Positions 10,101-18,900 of a stretch of DNA of 64,000 bases are shown here, in pieces. A program made the translations under genes and the position numbers. The DNA lies in contig JAOZFN010000006.1 of NCBI GenBank assembly GCA_027492205.1, positions 39,369 to 103,368 of the forward strand, read 5' to 3'. The notes under the pieces were generated by a model. That model made no database searches, was not told the origin of the DNA, and saw only the letters and a list, made by a program, of their open reading frames with translations. Numbering within the stretch: position 1 is the first letter of the stretch; each line of letters starts with the position of its first letter. The stretch is from Thermoproteota archaeon. GTDB lineage: Archaea > Korarchaeota > Korarchaeia > Korarchaeales > Korarchaeaceae.

Positions 10101-11100
10101 TCTTACCCACGAGGTTCTTCCTGAACCTCCCCTCCTTGCCCTCTAGCCTCTGGAACAGCGACTTGAGGGGTCTCCTGGTGCCCCTCTGCATCGCGACGGG
10201 CAGGCCGGCCATGGCGTTCCTGTAGAACACGGCTACCCAGTACTGCAGGAGATCCCACTCGCTCTCAACGACGCTGTTGGGGGCTCCCGAGTTTATCGAG
10301 TCCCTCAGCTTCTTGTTGGCCTTGAGGATCTCCACCAGCATGTGGGTCAGGTCGTCCTCGGACCTCTCACCGGTTTGAAGGAATATGGACGGCCGTACGC
10401 TGGGGGGTGGAACTAGGATAACGGTCAGAACGGCCCACTCTGGCCTAGCCCTCTCGGGGTTGAACCCCAGGACCATCGCGTCCTCATCAGGTATCCTCTC
10501 CAACCAGTCCCTTATCTCGTTGGGCCTGAGCCTCCTCGGGGCCGGGTCCTTGACGATGAACTTCAGCACCTCCTCTAGGTCGACGCTCTCGACCCTCGCC
10601 CCGCAGTGCGGGCAGACATCGTGGTTCCTCAGGTACTTCTTCACCGCCGCCCTGACGGTCCTCGTGAGGCTGTCGTTGATCTTCTCCTCGGGGTGCTCCT
10701 CCCAGTACCTCTTGGCCTCTTCGATGAACTTCTGCCTCTCCTCCTCAGGGAGCAGCAGCTTCCCGCACTTGGAGCAGGTGGCGTTCAGGATGTCCTTGAT
10801 CTTCTTGACGTACCCCACGTGGATTACCGGCCTGGCCAGCTCTATCCTGCCGAAGTGCCCGGGGCACTGATTCTGGAAGTTCCCGCAGGTAGGGCACCTC
10901 TGCCTCGGGTTCATGGTGCCCAGCCTTGGGTCAAGTACACCTCCCGGGACGGGGAGCCCTCCCTCGTCGTAGGCGGTAGGCTCCCTTATCTCGATGAACC
11001 CGATCTTCCTTATCTCGCTCGGCGAGAGGAGCCCGAAGAGCACCTTATCCAGCCTGTGGGGCAGGGCCTCCTGATCCGAGACCGGGCTGGTGAAGCTCAC
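7144..11100 (-). CDS. rpo1: RNA polymerase largest subunit Rpo1, unsplit (A'+A'' in one ORF)
   Basis: 1318 aa continuous ORF carrying the clamp zinc sites, catalytic NADFDGD, and the A''-type trigger loop (EPATQM.LRTFH) and C-terminal GTG. Confidence 0.97.
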   Translation of the reverse strand: MSFTSPVSDQEALPHRLDKVLFGLLSPSEIRKIGFIEIREPTAYDEGGLPVPGGVLDPRLGTMNPRQRCPTCGNFQNQCPGHFGRIELARPVIHVGYVKKIKDILNATCSKCGKLLLPEEERQKFIEEAKRYWEEHPEEKINDSLTRTVRAAVKKYLRNHDVCPHCGARVESVDLEEVLKFIVKDPAPRRLRPNEIRDWLERIPDEDAMVLGFNPERARPEWAVLTVILVPPPSVRPSIFLQTGERSEDDLTHMLVEILKANKKLRDSINSGAPNSVVESEWDLLQYWVAVFYRNAMAGLPVAMQRGTRRPLKSLFQRLEGKEGRFRKNLVGKRVDFSSRTVISPDPMIGIDEVGVPVEIAMTLTIPEYVNEGNIEWLKELVMRGPDQYPGANYVRKGGGMPISLKVVKARGLLEEIAESLQPGDVVERHLMDGDYVIFNRQPSLHKLSIMGHRVRVLPGSTFRLNPGTCLPYNADFDGDEMNLHAPQLMEARIEARELMSVVKNMLSPRTGGSIVGARQDMITALYLLTKKGTVFNREGASRLLATVGITELPEPAIQSPVELWTGKQLISTLLPPDLEYETTAKLCKEKELCQSPESPIEGYVLVINGKLLAGVLDEGSVGTLVKGRQTIIDILIRDYGEERAAEFLNKLLRLAAKSILLYGVTVTLNELILPPEAREELEKLFKKAAEEVDRKVAEFEKTRGAKRYMTKEELLRATLEEQMLEFDIVRSLDALRTQATEVIAKYVKPESHAMIMAKTGARGSIANLAQVMGLVGQQTVKSRVGFVLTSGRPKKGFRERALSYFKRGDLRLEARGFVKNGYMVGLNPAEFVFHAMTSRESLVDKGRRTEDSGYFYRRVANSLKDIYVEYDETVRDSLGRIIQFAFGGDGMDPVKLFKGEPVNLKRVVGEIVKPGKKRGASKKKLEEIVKKAELPSHLADLLYEANASEKEAREVVREVKRRLEEAKVEVLTPIGVISAQSIAEPATQMVLRTFHAPGVLAMDVTHGVERFKELVFYVSTSTPTMTVYLKPEYAKSKEKAEEVAKRLREIRVKDLLREYRIDNLAFRLELVLDREKMRDSGVDDEELVNFLKKAVKGIKGSVELEGDVISISMVEAAGREKPYLTLRQWTQRIMEKRIRGIGGIDRVWVEATEEGEFVIKTRGSNLKEVVKLDFVDPTRTITNDCKEIYEVLGVEAARACILNELSRILSEQGLEVDRRYVSLVADAMTHTGKPTPLSLQASGVPSGFFSEMKTPLSKMAYEWVYHVVLNTARRGEDNPIKGPLDALIMGQTPPVGTGRVEVRWDWRKTEELLKEVI

Positions 11101-11112
11101 TCAGGCCACCCC

Positions 11113-14100
11113 CTATACCTCCTCCTCCACATCCAGGCGCACGTCTACGAGGCCGGACGTGAGCTCCTGGATCAGCAGCCTCGTGGCGTGAGCCGTTATC
11201 AGAGGCCTGACTTCAACGGCGTCTTGGCACCTGGGGCAGAAGAACTGGCTGGTTATGGCGTTGTAGAACGCCAGAGACCCGCACCTCTTGCAGACGTAGA
11301 CTATCGTCTTGTCAGAGTGCTCGACGTACCTGTCCCTCAGCATAGCCGCGGCGCCGTGGGAGATGAGGACCTCCCCCTCCATCTCGCCCAGTCTGAGCCC
11401 CCCTCCCCTGGCGCGTCCCTCGACCGGCTGCCTCGTGAGTATCTGGACCTGACCCCTCGACCGGGCGTGTATCTTGTCCCTCACCATGTGCTTGAGCCTC
11501 TGGTAGAAGCTCACCCCTATGAACACGGGGGCCCTCAGCATCTTGCCGGTTCTCCCGTCGTACATGATCTCCTCGCCGGTGTACTCGAACCCAAGCCTCT
11601 TCAGCGCCTCCATTAGGTCCCCGACCGGCTCCTTCGCGAACGGCGTTCCGTCTATGAACCTCCCCTCAAGCGCCCCGATCTTGCCCGCCAGGATCTCGAT
11701 CAGCTGGCCGATTGTCATCCTGGACGGTATGGCGTGCGGGTCCAGGACTATGTCCGGGCTTATCCCGTCAGCGGTGAACGGCATGTCCTCCTGCCTGTAG
11801 ACCATTCCGATGACTCCCTTCTGCCCGTGCCTGGTGGCGAACTTGTCTCCCAGCTCTGGTATCCTGGTCTCCCTCACCCTCACCCTCACCATCTTCTCGC
11901 CGCTCTCGGCGGTGGCTAGTATCACGTCGGTCACCACGCCCCTCTCCCATGCCCTCATGTCTATGGAGGTGTCCCTCCTCTCGAAGGTCATGGCGAGCCC
12001 GGCAGCCCCGCCAGCGAGTTCGGGAGAGAACCTGGGCGGGCTGGTTCTGCCGATGAGCACGTCCCCACCCTCGACGTCTGTCTCGGGCTCGACTATCCCG
12101 TCGGCCGCGAGCTTCCGGTAGGCCTCCTCAGCCCTCCTGCCCGTGACCCCCTTGACCTCGTAGGGGTTCTCGAACTTGTCGCCCTCGACTATGGCCTGCC
12201 TCCTGGCCACGGCCTCGTAGGTCCGCAGGAATATGGCTCTGCCCGCGCCCCTGTCTATCGCCCCCTTGTTCATGACGAGCGCGTCGTCCATGTTGTAACC
12301 GTCCATCGGCAGCAGGGCCACCACGAGGTTCTGCCCCGAGGGCCTGAGGTCGTACCCCGTGATCTCACCCGTCCTGGTCCTGACTATAGGCCTCTGCGGG
12401 TAGTAGAACAGGTAGGAGGAGCTGTCCATCCTGAGCCTCCAGTTCGTCGCGTAATAGCCGAGGCCCTGCTTGACCATGTTCCCGCCTATGATGTCCCTCG
12501 GGATCGCGTTGTGCTCCGCGTAGGGGATCTGACCGGCGGCCACCCCCATCATCATGTAGGGGGCGAAGTCCAGGTGGGTGTGCTCGTCCGTGATCTTGTC
12601 GAGGTCGAAGGCCACGAGGGCGTCCTCCTCCTCGTCTGGGTCCAAGAGTTCCACGATGCCCCTCCTCACGAGGTCGCTGAAGGTGACCTTACCCTCCTCA
12701 ATCTCCGGCAGGAGCTTGATGGCCTCCTCGATCTTGTCCACGGGGATCAGCGGGCGCCTCATCCTGCCTGGGTCCGCGTTGATTATGACGACTCGCTCCT
12801 CTTCACGGTAGGCCACGTTGATCTCAGGGCTGATCTCTAGCCTGCGACGCTTGATCTCCTCGGCCACACTCTCAGGATCGTCCGTGAGCCCCACCAGGGC
12901 TCCATTCACGTAGACCTGGGCTAGGGAGCCGACCTCCTCCGGAGTGGCCTCCTCTATCGGCTTCACGCCCAGCTCGGGGAGCATCTCGATGATCGGGGTC
13001 GGGTCTATCCCGAAGGTGACGTCCGCGAAGGTCGCCAGGCTCCTGACCAGCCCCACGTTGGTGCCCTCGGGGGTCTCGAGAGGGCATAGCCTGCCCACGG
13101 ACGTCCCGTGGATCTGCCTCGCCTCGTGGAGCGGAAGTCCCGGCGGCAGCGGCGAGTTGACCCTCCTGAGGTGCTGTAGGGCGGCGATGTAGTTTGTCCT
13201 GTCCAGGTTCTGGCTTATCCCCAGCTCGCCAGTCGGCCACGTACCGGTAGCCAGGGCCCTCAGTATCCTGGGGGTTATCTTGCTCTGCGTGGTCACGATC
13301 CTCCTAACGTCCAGGTCATATACCCCGTGGGTGAGCTGCTCGTTGGCCTTCTCCTCCAGCTCCCTCACCAGGCGGTAGAAGGCGTACCTGAAGGCCTCCT
13401 GCATCAGCTCCCCAACGAGCCTCAGCCTCTTGTTGGAGAAGTGGTCCTTGTCGTCGGGTTCCACCTGGCCCTTGACGACCCTCAGCAGCCTCTCTATCAT
13501 CTTCGCGATGAAGTAGGCTTTCTTGATGTTGTCGGATTCGCTCTGACCCAGGTGTGGAAGGAGGGCCCTCCGGAGGTAATCTCTGGCCGCGTTGATCCTC
13601 TCCTGCTTCGGCGCGCTCTGTATGAGCCTCCTCCCGATGTAATCTAGGGCCTCGTCCTGCGTTATGAACCCACCCTCTTGGTCCTTCTTCCTCACCTCGT
13701 CGAGGCTGTACAGGAACTCGTTCGCTATCTCTGGGTCCGTTGAGATCGCCTGGAGTATCTGCGAGTCGTCCTCCAGGCCGAGCGCCTTGAGGATTATCGC
13801 GACGGGCGCGCCTCTCACGGCCCCGAACGACGCCTTTATGGTGCCGTCCCTCGGGTAGTACTCGAGGAACAGGCGGCTCCTCATTCCGGCCCTGGCGGAG
13901 ATTATGTAGGCGGCGTGTGAGTACGGCTTGCTCCCGGCGGTGGTCTCCTCGACGATAACCTTGTTCCTGGCAAGGTCGTCCCTGATGACGACCACCCTCT
14001 CGCTCCCGTTGATGATGAAGTAGCCGCCGGGGTCTGCGGGGTCCTCCCCCTTGGCTATCAGCTCCTCGTCGGTCAGGCCGTGGAGGACGCACTTCTTGGA

Positions 14101-14544
14101 CCTGACCATGATGGGAATGTAGCCGATCTTGACCCGTTCGGTCTTTAGCTCCATCCCGTGCCCGATAACCTTGATCTCCAGGTACACGGGGCCCCAGTAG
14201 GTGATCTTCCTCAGCCTGCACTCCATGGGAGTCATCGAGGACCTGGCGCCGTCGAACTCCTCAAACTCGGGCGGGCCAACCTCTATCTTGCCGAGCCTCA
14301 GCTTGTAGTTCTCGATCAGCTCTATCTCCCTGAATGAATCTACGACCTCCTGGAGTCCCCGCTCGAGGAAGGTGTTGAACGACTCGATCTGGGCCTCGAC
14401 CAGGCTGTGCTCCCTGAAGAAGGCCTTCACGATCGGGTAGAAGTCGACCTTCCTGGTCTCTAGGACCTGAGAGGGACCGGCCACACGGTCAGTACCCTTC
14501 CTATTTCGACTCTTATTCCCCAAACGCCAAACCCCCCGACACAC
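11113..14544 (-). CDS. rpo2: RNA polymerase subunit Rpo2 (B), unsplit
   Basis: GGYFIINGSERV, CPLETPEG.NVGL, GDKFATRHGQKG, RQPVEGRARGGGLR.GEME, C-terminal zinc ribbon. Confidence 0.98.
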   Translation of the reverse strand: MCRGVWRLGNKSRNRKGTDRVAGPSQVLETRKVDFYPIVKAFFREHSLVEAQIESFNTFLERGLQEVVDSFREIELIENYKLRLGKIEVGPPEFEEFDGARSSMTPMECRLRKITYWGPVYLEIKVIGHGMELKTERVKIGYIPIMVRSKKCVLHGLTDEELIAKGEDPADPGGYFIINGSERVVVIRDDLARNKVIVEETTAGSKPYSHAAYIISARAGMRSRLFLEYYPRDGTIKASFGAVRGAPVAIILKALGLEDDSQILQAISTDPEIANEFLYSLDEVRKKDQEGGFITQDEALDYIGRRLIQSAPKQERINAARDYLRRALLPHLGQSESDNIKKAYFIAKMIERLLRVVKGQVEPDDKDHFSNKRLRLVGELMQEAFRYAFYRLVRELEEKANEQLTHGVYDLDVRRIVTTQSKITPRILRALATGTWPTGELGISQNLDRTNYIAALQHLRRVNSPLPPGLPLHEARQIHGTSVGRLCPLETPEGTNVGLVRSLATFADVTFGIDPTPIIEMLPELGVKPIEEATPEEVGSLAQVYVNGALVGLTDDPESVAEEIKRRRLEISPEINVAYREEERVVIINADPGRMRRPLIPVDKIEEAIKLLPEIEEGKVTFSDLVRRGIVELLDPDEEEDALVAFDLDKITDEHTHLDFAPYMMMGVAAGQIPYAEHNAIPRDIIGGNMVKQGLGYYATNWRLRMDSSSYLFYYPQRPIVRTRTGEITGYDLRPSGQNLVVALLPMDGYNMDDALVMNKGAIDRGAGRAIFLRTYEAVARRQAIVEGDKFENPYEVKGVTGRRAEEAYRKLAADGIVEPETDVEGGDVLIGRTSPPRFSPELAGGAAGLAMTFERRDTSIDMRAWERGVVTDVILATAESGEKMVRVRVRETRIPELGDKFATRHGQKGVIGMVYRQEDMPFTADGISPDIVLDPHAIPSRMTIGQLIEILAGKIGALEGRFIDGTPFAKEPVGDLMEALKRLGFEYTGEEIMYDGRTGKMLRAPVFIGVSFYQRLKHMVRDKIHARSRGQVQILTRQPVEGRARGGGLRLGEMEGEVLISHGAAAMLRDRYVEHSDKTIVYVCKRCGSLAFYNAITSQFFCPRCQDAVEVRPLITAHATRLLIQELTSGLVDVRLDVEEEV

Positions 14545-14566
14545 ACATGGGAGGACGGATCAAGCG

Positions 14567-14923
14567 CTAACCTCCCCTCACCACCACACGGTAGGCGGGG
14601 ACCTTCTCACCAGGTCGCGTGATCTTGATCACGTCCCCAGGCTTGGCCCCCAGCTGCCTGACCACGGGATCCGTGGTCAGAATCTTCGGAAACAGCTTTA
14701 GAGGGCCATACTTCCGAATGAGCTCCTCCCTCTCATCCGGGGGGACGATCTCGTGCCTGGGAACGAGGACATGACTCATCAGGTCAAACCCGCCGGGTTC
14801 GACTGCTGCGGCTTCGGGGGCCCTCCGCGGTTTTATCTTTTTCGACTCTACCCTCTTTTTCGCGGCTGCCCTCCTCCTTGAAGAGGCCCGGCCTGAAGAA
14901 GATCTCTTTGAGCGCGCTGGCAA
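14567..14923 (-). CDS. rpo5: RNA polymerase subunit Rpo5 (H) with basic N-terminal extension
   Basis: HVLVPRHEI, PKILTTDPVV, GAKPGDVIKITR, YRVV; first gene of the rpo operon. Start codon (TTG 14923) uncertain. Confidence 0.93.
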   Translation of the reverse strand: MPARSKRSSSGRASSRRRAAAKKRVESKKIKPRRAPEAAAVEPGGFDLMSHVLVPRHEIVPPDEREELIRKYGPLKLFPKILTTDPVVRQLGAKPGDVIKITRPGEKVPAYRVVVRGG

Positions 14924-14967
14924 TCTGAATGCCCCCTCTCCTAACGGGCAGGTGCCCCTGGCCTCGA

Positions 14968-14974
14968 TTTAAAA
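14968..14974. promoter_or_regulatory. TATA box between divergent rpo5 and porG
   Basis: TTTAAAA is the only AT-rich core in an 82 nt GC-rich spacer. Confidence 0.6.
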
Positions 14975-15005
14975 GGTTTGACCGGCCCCACGGGGGAGAT
15001 CAGAG

Positions 15006-15584
15006 ATGCCCGAGGTGGTCGAGATCCGATGGCACGGTCGAGGTGGCCAGGGGGTGGTTTTGGCCTCCAGACTGCTGGCAAAGGCGGCCTTCTACGAGGG
15101 TAGGTGGAGCCAGGCCTTCCCATTCTTCGGCGCCGAGCGCAGGGGGGCCCCGGTGATGGCATTCACGAGGATCTCGTCAAGGCCGATCAGGCTGCGCAGT
15201 CAGATCTACCACCCCGACGTGCTCGTCCTCGTAGACCCCATGTTCTTGGACAGTTCAGACGTGTTTGAAGGCCTTAAGGCAGGAGCAACCGTCGTCGCGA
15301 ACACCCCGAGGGACCCCGAAGAACTCAGCGTGCCGGAGGAGGTCGGGAGGGTGGCTACGGTGGATGCCACCGGCCTCGCCCTCCGATTGGGCCTGAAGGT
15401 GGCCGGACTTCCCGTGCCAAACACAGCCATGGTCGGGGCCGTCGCTAAGGCCACGGGGCTGGCGGAAATCGGGTCCGTCGAGTCGGCCATCAGGGACACC
15501 CTCTCCGGAAAGGGGGTGGAGGTGAACCTCTCGGCAGCCAGGGAGGGCTTCGACACGGTCAAAGTGTGGGAGCCGGGTAGGTAG
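15006..15584 (+). CDS. porG: 2-oxoacid (pyruvate/ketoisovalerate):ferredoxin oxidoreductase gamma subunit
   Basis: EIRWHGRGGQG, FPFFGAERRGAPV, PNTAMVGA. Confidence 0.93.
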   Translation: MPEVVEIRWHGRGGQGVVLASRLLAKAAFYEGRWSQAFPFFGAERRGAPVMAFTRISSRPIRLRSQIYHPDVLVLVDPMFLDSSDVFEGLKAGATVVANTPRDPEELSVPEEVGRVATVDATGLALRLGLKVAGLPVPNTAMVGAVAKATGLAEIGSVESAIRDTLSGKGVEVNLSAAREGFDTVKVWEPGR

Positions 15585-15592
15585 GAGCGGCG

Positions 15593-15832
15593 TCACACCT
15601 CGCCGATATACTTGTCGAAGAACTTGGCGTAGGCGTCCACTCGCTCGTCGGTGCTTGAGATCTCGACCGTGTCGGTAAGCTGGCAGTTGAAGCACCTTAT
15701 GAGAGCGAAGCCCCCCTTCCTGTCCAGCTCCACCACGACGGAGTTGTGCTGGCAGCGTGGGCACCTGAAGAATACGGACCTCCTGGCTGGTCTCCTCACC
15801 CGCGTCATGGTCCTCCTCTTTCTCCTACCCAA
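15593..15832 (-). CDS. elf1: Transcription elongation factor Elf1
   Basis: MGRRK basic N-terminus, FRCPRC...CFNC zinc ribbon, VDAYAKFFD helix. Confidence 0.92.
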   Translation of the reverse strand: MGRRKRRTMTRVRRPARRSVFFRCPRCQHNSVVVELDRKGGFALIRCFNCQLTDTVEISSTDERVDAYAKFFDKYIGEV

Positions 15833-15939
15833 CGGGGTTCACCTGCCTCGGTCCTTCGAGACCCATGAGGTCCCCGACCCGACCGGAAAGTGAGCCGCCC
15901 CTCGTTATTAACGTCTCCGCCGGTGGGACACGGGAAGGG

Positions 15940-18900
15940 ATGGACCTGGAGGGGTACTTCGCGGAACTCGAGGCGAAGGTGGAGGAGCTCTACAGGGTGG
16001 CCAAGAGGGCCAGGGCGAAGGGACTGGACCCCTCCACTGAGGTAGAGGTGGCCAGGGGCGACACCCTCGGTCAGAGGCTTGTCGCCCTGTTTGACAGGCC
16101 TGACCTCGCCGACGCCGTCGAGAGGTACCTGAGGCAAGGGTACGGGAAGGTCGAGACGGCCTTCAAGGTCGCCGGCGACATGCTCGAGGCCGGCGGCGCG
16201 GACGAGGAGGAGCTGGCGGAGCTGGCCGTTAGGGTCGGGATGGCCATCATGACCGACGCCACCGTCTCGGCCCCCATTGAGGGCATAAGTTCGGTGAGGA
16301 TCAAGGTGAACCCGCGCGACGGTACGCGGTACCTTGCTGTGTACTACAACGGCCCGATAAGGACGGCGGGCGGCACTGAAGGAGCGCTGAGTGTCGTTTT
16401 GGCGGACTTCGTCAGGCAGAAACTCGGCCTTGGCAGGTACAGGCCGACGGATGCGGAGGTCGAGAGGTACGTAGAAGAGATCGAGCTCTACCGCAGGGCT
16501 GTTCACCTCCAGTACAACTCTACCCCCGACGAGGTCAGGTACGTCGCGAGGCACCTGGTGGTGGAGGTCACGGGCCCGCCAACGGAGGAGGTGGAGGTCT
16601 CCACAAACAGGGACCTGCCCACGGTGGAGACGAACAGAGTGCGGGGAGGGGCTGCGCTCGTCCTTAACGACTGCCTGCTGCAGAAGAGGAAGAAGCTCGC
16701 CAAGACGATACCTAAGCTCAGGGAGGTAGTGGACTTCGACCCGAGCGGATGGGAGTGGGTTAAGGGATCGAGCGGCGCGGAGGACTCCGAGAGGAAGGGG
16801 GAGTCGGCCGGAGGCTGCCCCTACGTCCCGCCGTCCTACAAGTACCTGAGGGACTCGGTCGTCGGCAGGCCCGTCCTGGCACACCCGTCGGCGGTGGGCG
16901 GCTTCAGGCTCCGGTACGGGCACGCTAGGAACACAGGGCTGGCGTCGGTGGGGGTACACCCGGCCACCATGGTGATCCTGGAGAACTTCCTCGCGGTTGG
17001 GACGCAGGTCCGGATCGAGAGACCCGGAAAGAGCGCGATAGTGATGCCTGTGGACTCAATCGAGGGCCCGGTCGTGAGGCTCAAGGACGGCTCTGTGGTG
17101 AGGTTGGAAGATCCAGAGACGGCCAGGGCCCTGCTCCCAGATGTCGACAGGATCCTGTTCTTGGGAGACGTTCTCATTGGCTTCGGAGAGTTTCTAGAGA
17201 ACAACCACGTCCTGTTGCCCTCGGCGTGGGTGGAAGAGTGGTGGCACGAACTGCTGATAACAGAGGCAGAGAGGAGGAATTACCAGCTGCCCGACCCGCT
17301 CAGGGAAGACCCCTTCTCCCACGTCGACTTTGACACCGCCGTAGAGCTAAGCCTCTCGCTGGGAATTCCGCTCCACCCGAGGTGGACCTACTTCTGGCAC
17401 GACCTGACCGTCGACAGCCTGTCCGAGCTCGTCGAGGCCCTCAAAACCTCGACCTTCGACGGGCGCGCGCTTAGGATCCCCCTCACCGATTCGCTCAGGG
17501 AGGCCCTCGAGACCCTCTGCGTCCCGCACAGGGTGGAGGGCGGGACGATAGTGGTCGAGGGAGACGACGCCAAGGCCCTTCAGACGACCCTCCTGTCCAA
17601 CGATGTGGACCTCTCCGCCTACGGCCCCCACGAGGTCATGCGCGCTGTGAACGACCTAGCCCCCTACGAGGTGATGCCAAAGGCCCCCCACTTCGTTGGC
17701 ATGAGGCTGGGTAGGCCGGAGAAGGCCAAGCCCAGGAAGATGAAACCCCCAGTCAACGTGCTCTTTCCCATAGGAAGGCAGAAAGGGATGTCCAGGTCCC
17801 TCAAGAAAGCCCTCCAGAGCGGCCTCGCGGCCGTGGAGGTTGCCCTGAGGAGGTGCCCCAGATGCGGCGCGGAGACGGTGCACTACGCCTGCCCGTCCTG
17901 CGGGGTCAGGACGGAGCCCCAACTCTTCTGCCCCCGCTGCGGCAGGAGGCTCCGAGAGGGGCAGAGGTGCCCCGACCACCCCAGAGAGGACCCGGTGAAC
18001 TACCGCTCAACCGAGCTCAACGTGAGGGCGATCACCTCCGAGGCCGTCGATCACTTGGGAGGTGGGTACCCGCTCGACGGGGTCAAGTGCGTTCAAGGGC
18101 TCACTAGCAAGTCGAAGAGCCCTGAACCCCTCGAGAAGGGAATTTTGAGGGCGTATCGCGACCTGTATGTCTTCAAGGACGGGACGATAAGATTTGACGT
18201 CACAAACGCCTCTCTCACGCACTTCACTCCCGCGGAGGCCGGGGTCTCTCCAGAGAGGCTCAGGGAGTTGGGTTACGAGGAGGACATCCACGGGAGGCCG
18301 CTGGTCTCGGACGACCAGCTCTTGGAGCTGCGGGTACAGGACGTCATCATCCCGAGGAAGGCCGCCGAGTACCTGTACCAGGTCTCGAAGTTCATAGACG
18401 AGCTCCTGACGAAGTTCTACGGCGTCGAGCCGTTCTACAACCTGCAAAGCCCGGAGGATCTCGTGGGGCACATCCTGTTCACGATCTCACCCCACACCTT
18501 CGTGGCGAACGCCGTGAGGGTAGTCGGATTCACCGATGCGGACGTAATCCTCGCCCACCCCTACCTCCACGCCGCCAAGAGGAGGAATGTCGACGGCGAC
18601 GAGGACTCGCTCATCCTCGGCTTAGACTGCCTGCTCAACTTCTCCAAGTCCTACCTCCCGTCCAAGCCCGGAGGGAGGGAGGATGCCCCCCTCATACTGG
18701 TCACGAGGATCGACCTCGAGTACATCGACGACGAGTGCTACAACATCGAGGTGGTCTGGAGATATCCGAGAGAGTTCTTCGAGGCGACTCTCGAGTACAG
18801 GCACCCACAGGAGCTGGAGGGTTCGATTATACAGACCGTGGGGACCGTGTACGCCTCGGGGGACAGGTACCCGAGCATAGGATTCACACACCCCACGTCG

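Noticed and set aside
15006-15584. Orphan porG (and orphan acdA at 55509)
   Set aside because: Shared or dispersed subunits of these enzymes are common in archaea; partners probably lie outside the window.
14930-15940. Gene-strand switch next to replication genes as a replication origin
   Set aside because: No cdc6/orc1 gene, ORB repeats or AT-rich unwinding element here; the spacers are promoter-sized.
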